DNA of 52,773 nt, counting the filler, from Diploschistes diacapsis (Eukaryota), in assembly GCA_023645945.1 (NCBI GenBank). It is 3 parts of 3 records of this genome, joined end to end, with 100 filler letters (N's around TTAATTAATTAA, not from the genome) between each part and the next. Parts side by side here need not be neighbours in the genome. Positions count along the whole stretch, not along the records: positions 35,275 to 52,773 come from JALAIB010000454.1; 2 more parts are not named here. One strand, given 5' to 3'. Made by a program: the position numbers and the translations under genes. The notes below the pieces were generated by a model. It searched no databases. It was not told the origin of the DNA and saw only the letters and a program-made list of their open reading frames with translations. Of the stretch, positions 47,498 through 52,773 are shown in pieces (positions within the stretch are counted from its first letter, which is position 1; each line of letters opens with the position of its first letter).

Positions 47498-48573
47498 GGC
47501 AGCCAGCGGCCACTACCAGACAAGCAAGTTTATGTAAATTCTTAGGATATTGATGCTGAGAAAATTGTGTTTTGACGAGACATGAACAGGGTTTTTGCTG
47601 CCTGAGAATAGCTGTGGAAGCCTGCCTGCGCACGACAAGAGACCAGAAAATGTAGAATCTTGCTTTGTGGGGGTTTATCCGGTGTTCAATCGATCACTGC
47701 AAGCTGCTGATTCACGACTGGGCACCTAGGCATCACAGATAGGACAGTTGATTCGAAGAAGAAACGAGGTGTTGCTAGGATGTCAGTCGCAGTCGTGAAG
47801 CGACGGCCCCTCAAAGGAGTGTTGGCGATGTCTAAGAGGGTCTATTGCAACCTAACCTAACCACGGGCTGAGTACGGTTAAGCTAGCACTTGAAGCGTGA
47901 GTTTTCTTTCTCACTTATACATTGGACATGATCTCTGAGCTCTGGACTTCCTACGAAAGGAGTGTTTTTACTTTGAGGTGTCACACAGTATTCTCTCGCA
48001 CAAGTTTTCTCTGGCAAGAAATTTGCTGGCGGAGTTTACATTTATGTCATCGAGACGCGTCGCGGCATGTGACTTGGCGAACTCGACGTTCCCAAAATCA
48101 ACAAACATAGCCGTTACGTTGGGTAGTATCAATGTTCATCCACCAAAGGGGCAGATCAGATCGCCCAATAAGTACGCAATATGAGCAAGTAACTGTTTGA
48201 GGCTTCTCCTCGATCTTGATCTACCTTGGACTTTTACAGAAGCTCGTTGGGGCGACACTGTTAATGCTATACTACGTTTTCATATGGTAAGGGTATTTTT
48301 CAACCAAGTGTGTCGAGCATGGTACCAAACTCAACCAACACCTACCCGGAACAGCAACGACGCAAAATATTGTAGTATTATCAGGTGTATCATGCTGGGA
48401 AATTATCATAACAGCTAAATACTGAGCTGGTCAAAAACTCCTTGCAGGCCAAACGCAGGGTATCTCGAAAGCGAACGCTGAAGCCCACCTAATGATGGCA
48501 GGCCAGATCATGCAAGTATGTACAGATAGTGTCATCAGTCAGTCGTGCAGCACATACACCAAAACATCAAGTC

Positions 48574-50097
48574 TCAGGCACGATAGCCAACCTCCACAGA
48601 CCCTGCCTTCCACTCCTTCGTAAGCTCCTCCCTAACGGCGCGGCACCACTGCAGCACGGCATCGTCGAACTGCTTCCAGACTTCATCGCCTCTGCCGTAT
48701 ACGACACCCATGACATCTACCTGGAGCTTCGTTTCCCAGCGGATATCTGCGGCCTTGACCCAATAGCGTAGATTGTCTGCGGCGCGATATGGCTTCGCTG
48801 TGTCGGTATGGAAGGCTTTGATCTCCCCGTACTGGCGTTTGGACTTTTTGAGGATGCGATTATGAAGATGAACTAGGGACAGTCCATTGCACAGGGATCG
48901 CAAAAAGGTAGTCGGTAGCGATGCTGCGTCACAAGCGGCTGTCCACTCGGGAAGATCCTCGCCTTCTACGAAAGTCTTTAAAAATAGCCATTCCCTATGC
49001 CGTTCGTCCGCTGTCCAATCTCCCTCGAGCCATTGCCAGCTTTCGCGATCCCGAAGCTCCTGTGCTTCGACATCTTTCTCCTTTTCTAGGAAGTCGAAAA
49101 CCATGGAAGCCCACTGTTCAATCGTGGAGATCTCGTCATGTTTCATACCACCGGCAAAATTACGAGCTCCGATCCGCTTGAGGACGTCCATAACGCCAAG
49201 CAATTCCTCACGGAGCTGACGCTCGGTCTTGACCTTTGAGAGGCGTTGTGGGTTTTCATGCCCCGTGTAATACTCCTTGGCTGCGCGAATGGCCAGTGTG
49301 ACAACATCCAGAATGTGCATGCCTTGAATCTCATGCCAGCCTCTTCCCGGTGAGCGTTGTCCGGGTAGAAGGATGTCGTCATGATCCACCTGCCCTTCAA
49401 AGCTGGGTGCCTTGAGCTCGGTTGGCGAAAACTTGGCATCATCCTCCTTCTCGATCTTCTGATCTCGCACTTCCTTCATGGTCTTTGTGACGTGAGCCAA
49501 AGCCTCCTTTAGCTCCCTTCGTAGGGATCGGGTGTCTGGAGGAGGCGGAATGTATTGCGTCTTGTGAATATAGGTGCTCACGGTGGGTGGGAGCATGTCC
49601 GGATCGTCCCAGCCGTCTTCAACGTTGCTCTCCTCTTCAATGGGGCTTTGAGCCAGATCAGCACCCAAAGGGCCCACGGTAGAGGTTTCATAGTTGTTCG
49701 CAGGATCCAAGATTGAACCATCTATGCTATCCTTCTTTTTGTTTCTTGCCAGTTGTGCCCCTTTCCCATCCAAAAGTCCAGTGCGAGCGAAGTAGTATTG
49801 CAGATGTGCAATTGACCCCAGGCTCATGACACTGTCCCTGTTCCTGGCCGAGTCGGCAAAAGTGGCTCCCTGGGGTCGTACATAGCCGCGGCGTCGGGAC
49901 ACCGCAGAGCCCGAAGAGCATCTGGAGCCTGATGATCTGCCGGAAAATTCGGAAACCGAAGACTGTTCTGAGAAAGAGCGTCCAAGCGGTGGACACGCGA
50001 GAAGGGCTGGTGTTGGTGAGACTGATGGAGAAGGAGAGGATTCTCTTCCCCCAAGATTCGGAGAAGTGTAAGGGACGAAGCTTGTGTTGGTTGACAT
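48574..50097 (-). CDS. Conserved fungal hypothetical protein with a calponin-homology-like C-terminal region
   Basis: 507-aa intronless ORF with RRRGYVRPQG, SVMSLGSIAHLQYYFARTGLLDGKGAQ, EIQGMHILDVVTLAIRAAKEYY and FLRSLCNGLSLVHLHN...KPYRAADNLRYW. Confidence 0.8.
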   Translation of the reverse strand: MSTNTSFVPYTSPNLGGRESSPSPSVSPTPALLACPPLGRSFSEQSSVSEFSGRSSGSRCSSGSAVSRRRGYVRPQGATFADSARNRDSVMSLGSIAHLQYYFARTGLLDGKGAQLARNKKKDSIDGSILDPANNYETSTVGPLGADLAQSPIEEESNVEDGWDDPDMLPPTVSTYIHKTQYIPPPPDTRSLRRELKEALAHVTKTMKEVRDQKIEKEDDAKFSPTELKAPSFEGQVDHDDILLPGQRSPGRGWHEIQGMHILDVVTLAIRAAKEYYTGHENPQRLSKVKTERQLREELLGVMDVLKRIGARNFAGGMKHDEISTIEQWASMVFDFLEKEKDVEAQELRDRESWQWLEGDWTADERHREWLFLKTFVEGEDLPEWTAACDAASLPTTFLRSLCNGLSLVHLHNRILKKSKRQYGEIKAFHTDTAKPYRAADNLRYWVKAADIRWETKLQVDVMGVVYGRGDEVWKQFDDAVLQWCRAVREELTKEWKAGSVEVGYRA

Positions 50098-52773
50098 CGT
50101 AGCCGTTGGAACAAGGTTGCCGAGGCTGTTTAATCATACAACGCTGACCTTTGAGGAAACAGTGGAAAAAGGCCACGAGAAACGCGATGAAGGGAGAGTA
50201 CAGCGATCAAGAAAGTTGGCCTAATGGGTGCTTGCGTCACGTAGGTTGTAGGTTGTAGGTCGTTGGGAGAGAGAGACCGAGGCAACATCAAGAATTTGAT
50301 TCCTTGAGGTTTTGATTAAATTAGGGGTAAGTAAACGGATGATTAGCACTTCCGGGTCAAGAATTTTAAATTGATGGAAAGTCAAGAATGCAGGTTTTTA
50401 CCCGGCTCTAAGACTCTTGTTCGTTCGTACATCAATGTCAGGTATAGCATATTTTACATTTATTACCTGCTCTGCTTTGCAATCTCTAGTCGGACTTCTT
50501 GCAAGTGTCCTACGGGCAGTTCCCGCAAGGTACTGTTTGCTATATCCCCGACCTCATTCCTCATAGCTCGCTAGCTTCGATCCCCCACGGCTAAATGCCG
50601 CCCGTTAGCAAATCCCATGCCTGATCTTATACTTCGATGACCATACTCTGAGGCACCTCATCGGATAGGATGCACTTCAGTGGACTATAAATGAAGCAGT
50701 ATACATGGCATCTTCGACGGAAATTGATTGCCACAAGCATAATTGGCGCGCACGGCCCTTGGTCTAACGCGGTGCCGGTCCTTGGTAGACTCTTATCAAG
50801 CTGAGAGCCATCCGTGTCAGGGTTCGAAATTCATTGAAAGTAACGTGTCTGATCTATTGATTACCTTCGGGTCTACAGGCTCCGTGGCTGTTGGATTTCC
50901 CAAGCATGCCCCGGAAATCGCCGTGATGAACAAGACTGCTCAAGATATCCGATGCTGTCAGCCTACTGACAGTGCTCCAAAGCCCTTTTTCCCCCCGAGA
51001 AAGCAAGTCGTTGGCCCAACGTACTTGTTTGGTTGTGTGGATGCTTGGGTACTCCATTGTACTCTTCAGACATGGAAGCGATGAGCTTTGGCAAATGCCA
51101 CTAACGTGCCATGAGACGTGGTCCACATCCAAACTTGCCGATCGCAACCAGGCTGAGATGCGGTCGTTTAGAGCATTAAAACCTCTGGTTGAGGTACTAA
51201 TTGGCTTAAGATCCATTCCTTTGCTTGCCTTGTTCAAAGACAACCCTGGAAACACTTCCATCGCCTAAGTTGAGATAGAGAAGAAGCTCGGGCCACTTTG
51301 AGTGAAACTTGATGCTAGAACTGGGCCGCTAGCATTGGGCATTATCCTCATATAGTAGTGATTTCTCCGAAGCATGGACCGTCCCTCAATCAGCTGTGGG
51401 TAACAGACGCTCTCGTATGCAACTTCTTCTGCTGGTAACGGAGTCAGACCGCCCGCTTCCAGTTTCCTATGCTGCGACAACCCTTTCTTGTTAACCCAAC
51501 AAGGTACATGCCAGGTGAAAGAGGTCTAGAGCCCTCTAGAGAGTTAGCAAAGTCGTAAACATGTGTTAGGAGGTCTAAACTGCATAGATCGCGCTGAGAA
51601 ACCTAGGTATGCGTATGTATAAGGAACTCATCATAGCTTTCGAGGAAACATCTTACATCATATTCTTACCAGCAATCGAAGCCTACAACAGGAACCCTTT
51701 CCCAGATCATTGGTTTAGCTGCCCACTCGCGTCGATTCGTACCAATAAGAATGCATCTTCTCAAGCCCATCTTCGCCTTCTGCACAACCCGGGCTCTGGC
51801 CACTGCAGCCATATACCACAAAGATCAATTGAACTCAAAGCCCGCAAGGTAGAGTGATTCTACAGCCAGGGCCTGTATGGCCGTGTGTCTGATGACAGCA
51901 AGGATGAGGTAAGCACTGTGCTGGAGACTTCGCTTTTCTTGCAGAAATTCAAGAGCTGCAATCTGGCTTTGAGAAAGGAGGTGATGCTTCCTATTTCGCC
52001 TTGTTCTGCTCATGCGATACAACTTGCTAGATTTCAGAGGCCTTCGCTAGTACTGCGAGAGTCAAGTATAAAGCGTTGATGCCGCTTAAAAACCAGCAGA
52101 GCTTCTTAATGAGAGCTCATGTTTCCCTCAGGCTAAGTTGCGTCGTCGCATCGCCGTCGCTACTCAGCTCGCGGGAGGGCTCAGCTTAAGGGTTCAGTAA
52201 GGTGTCACGGGTACGACTGCAAGAACGCCGGTGACTGTTTCCGCATTGGGTGTTATCAACTGTGTCCCTGACATAAGAAGTTATGCAACCCTCCAAGTAA
52301 GCTGGGAAACAACTGGATGGCGGCATATGGGGCACCAGCGCAGAATAATACAGGGATAGATGGTGGTAAGAAGTTCTAGGCTTACTTGCCCATTGGAAAA
52401 GAGAATTGAAACTTGCCGAGGGAAGGAACAAAACTGTGCTGATCTAATTTGAGTGTACCTACCGAGAGCTAACTTACCGTAAGAAGAGTGTTACAAGAAA
52501 GCCAGGAAATTCAACCAAGCATGGTAGAACATGTTGTAGAAGAACTTGATACCGGTTGGCAATGCAGCATACCCGTACAAGGTGGCAGCTCGCTGTTGTA
52601 GCGAGGAGGAGACAATGTTGGAGAAAAAACCGCAGCTAAAACCCCGATCACGATATCCCGGCACCGGAACAACTCCCACTTCAGCCTTATACGAGCATAC
52701 GAGCTGTGCTATCAGCCAACTGAAGTCTGTGTCGCTCTCCCCCAACCTCTCCTTCCCCCTCTCCCTCCAAAAC

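Noticed and set aside
50745..50835. GGTTCGAAAT as a tRNA T-arm
   Set aside because: No acceptor, D or anticodon stems can be formed around it.

Overview
Filamentous ascomycete (Pezizomycotina-type) genomic DNA with short spliceosomal introns, assembled from three pieces joined by two artificial 100-nt N/TTAATTAATTAA linkers (17543-17642, 35175-35274). Core genes: ChAP/exomer adaptor (-), HIR3 (+), HSL-family alpha/beta hydrolase (+), HMG-CoA synthase ERG13 (+), GH72 glucanosyltransferase (-), COA3 (-, fragmented in the ORF track), PTA1/symplekin (+), KAR9-like (-) and a conserved fungal hypothetical gene (-). There are two accessory zones. (1) About 17.6-29.3 kb opens with a RIP-damaged, internally deleted DUF3435 tyrosine recombinase (Starship captain type), followed by a small His/Cys protein, an APH-like phosphotransferase, decayed fragments and a protein kinase gene. 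The kinase sits in a 1.4-kb segment flanked by (TA)n on both sides and bounded by a structured ~93-bp terminus. (2) About 34.2-38.6 kb holds RIP-like hAT-type remnants, a second copy of the same structured terminus and an intron-containing argininosuccinate synthase pseudogene. An orphan multi-exon gene lies at ~41.8-44.2 kb. All family assignments come from motif recognition by eye; no searches were run.
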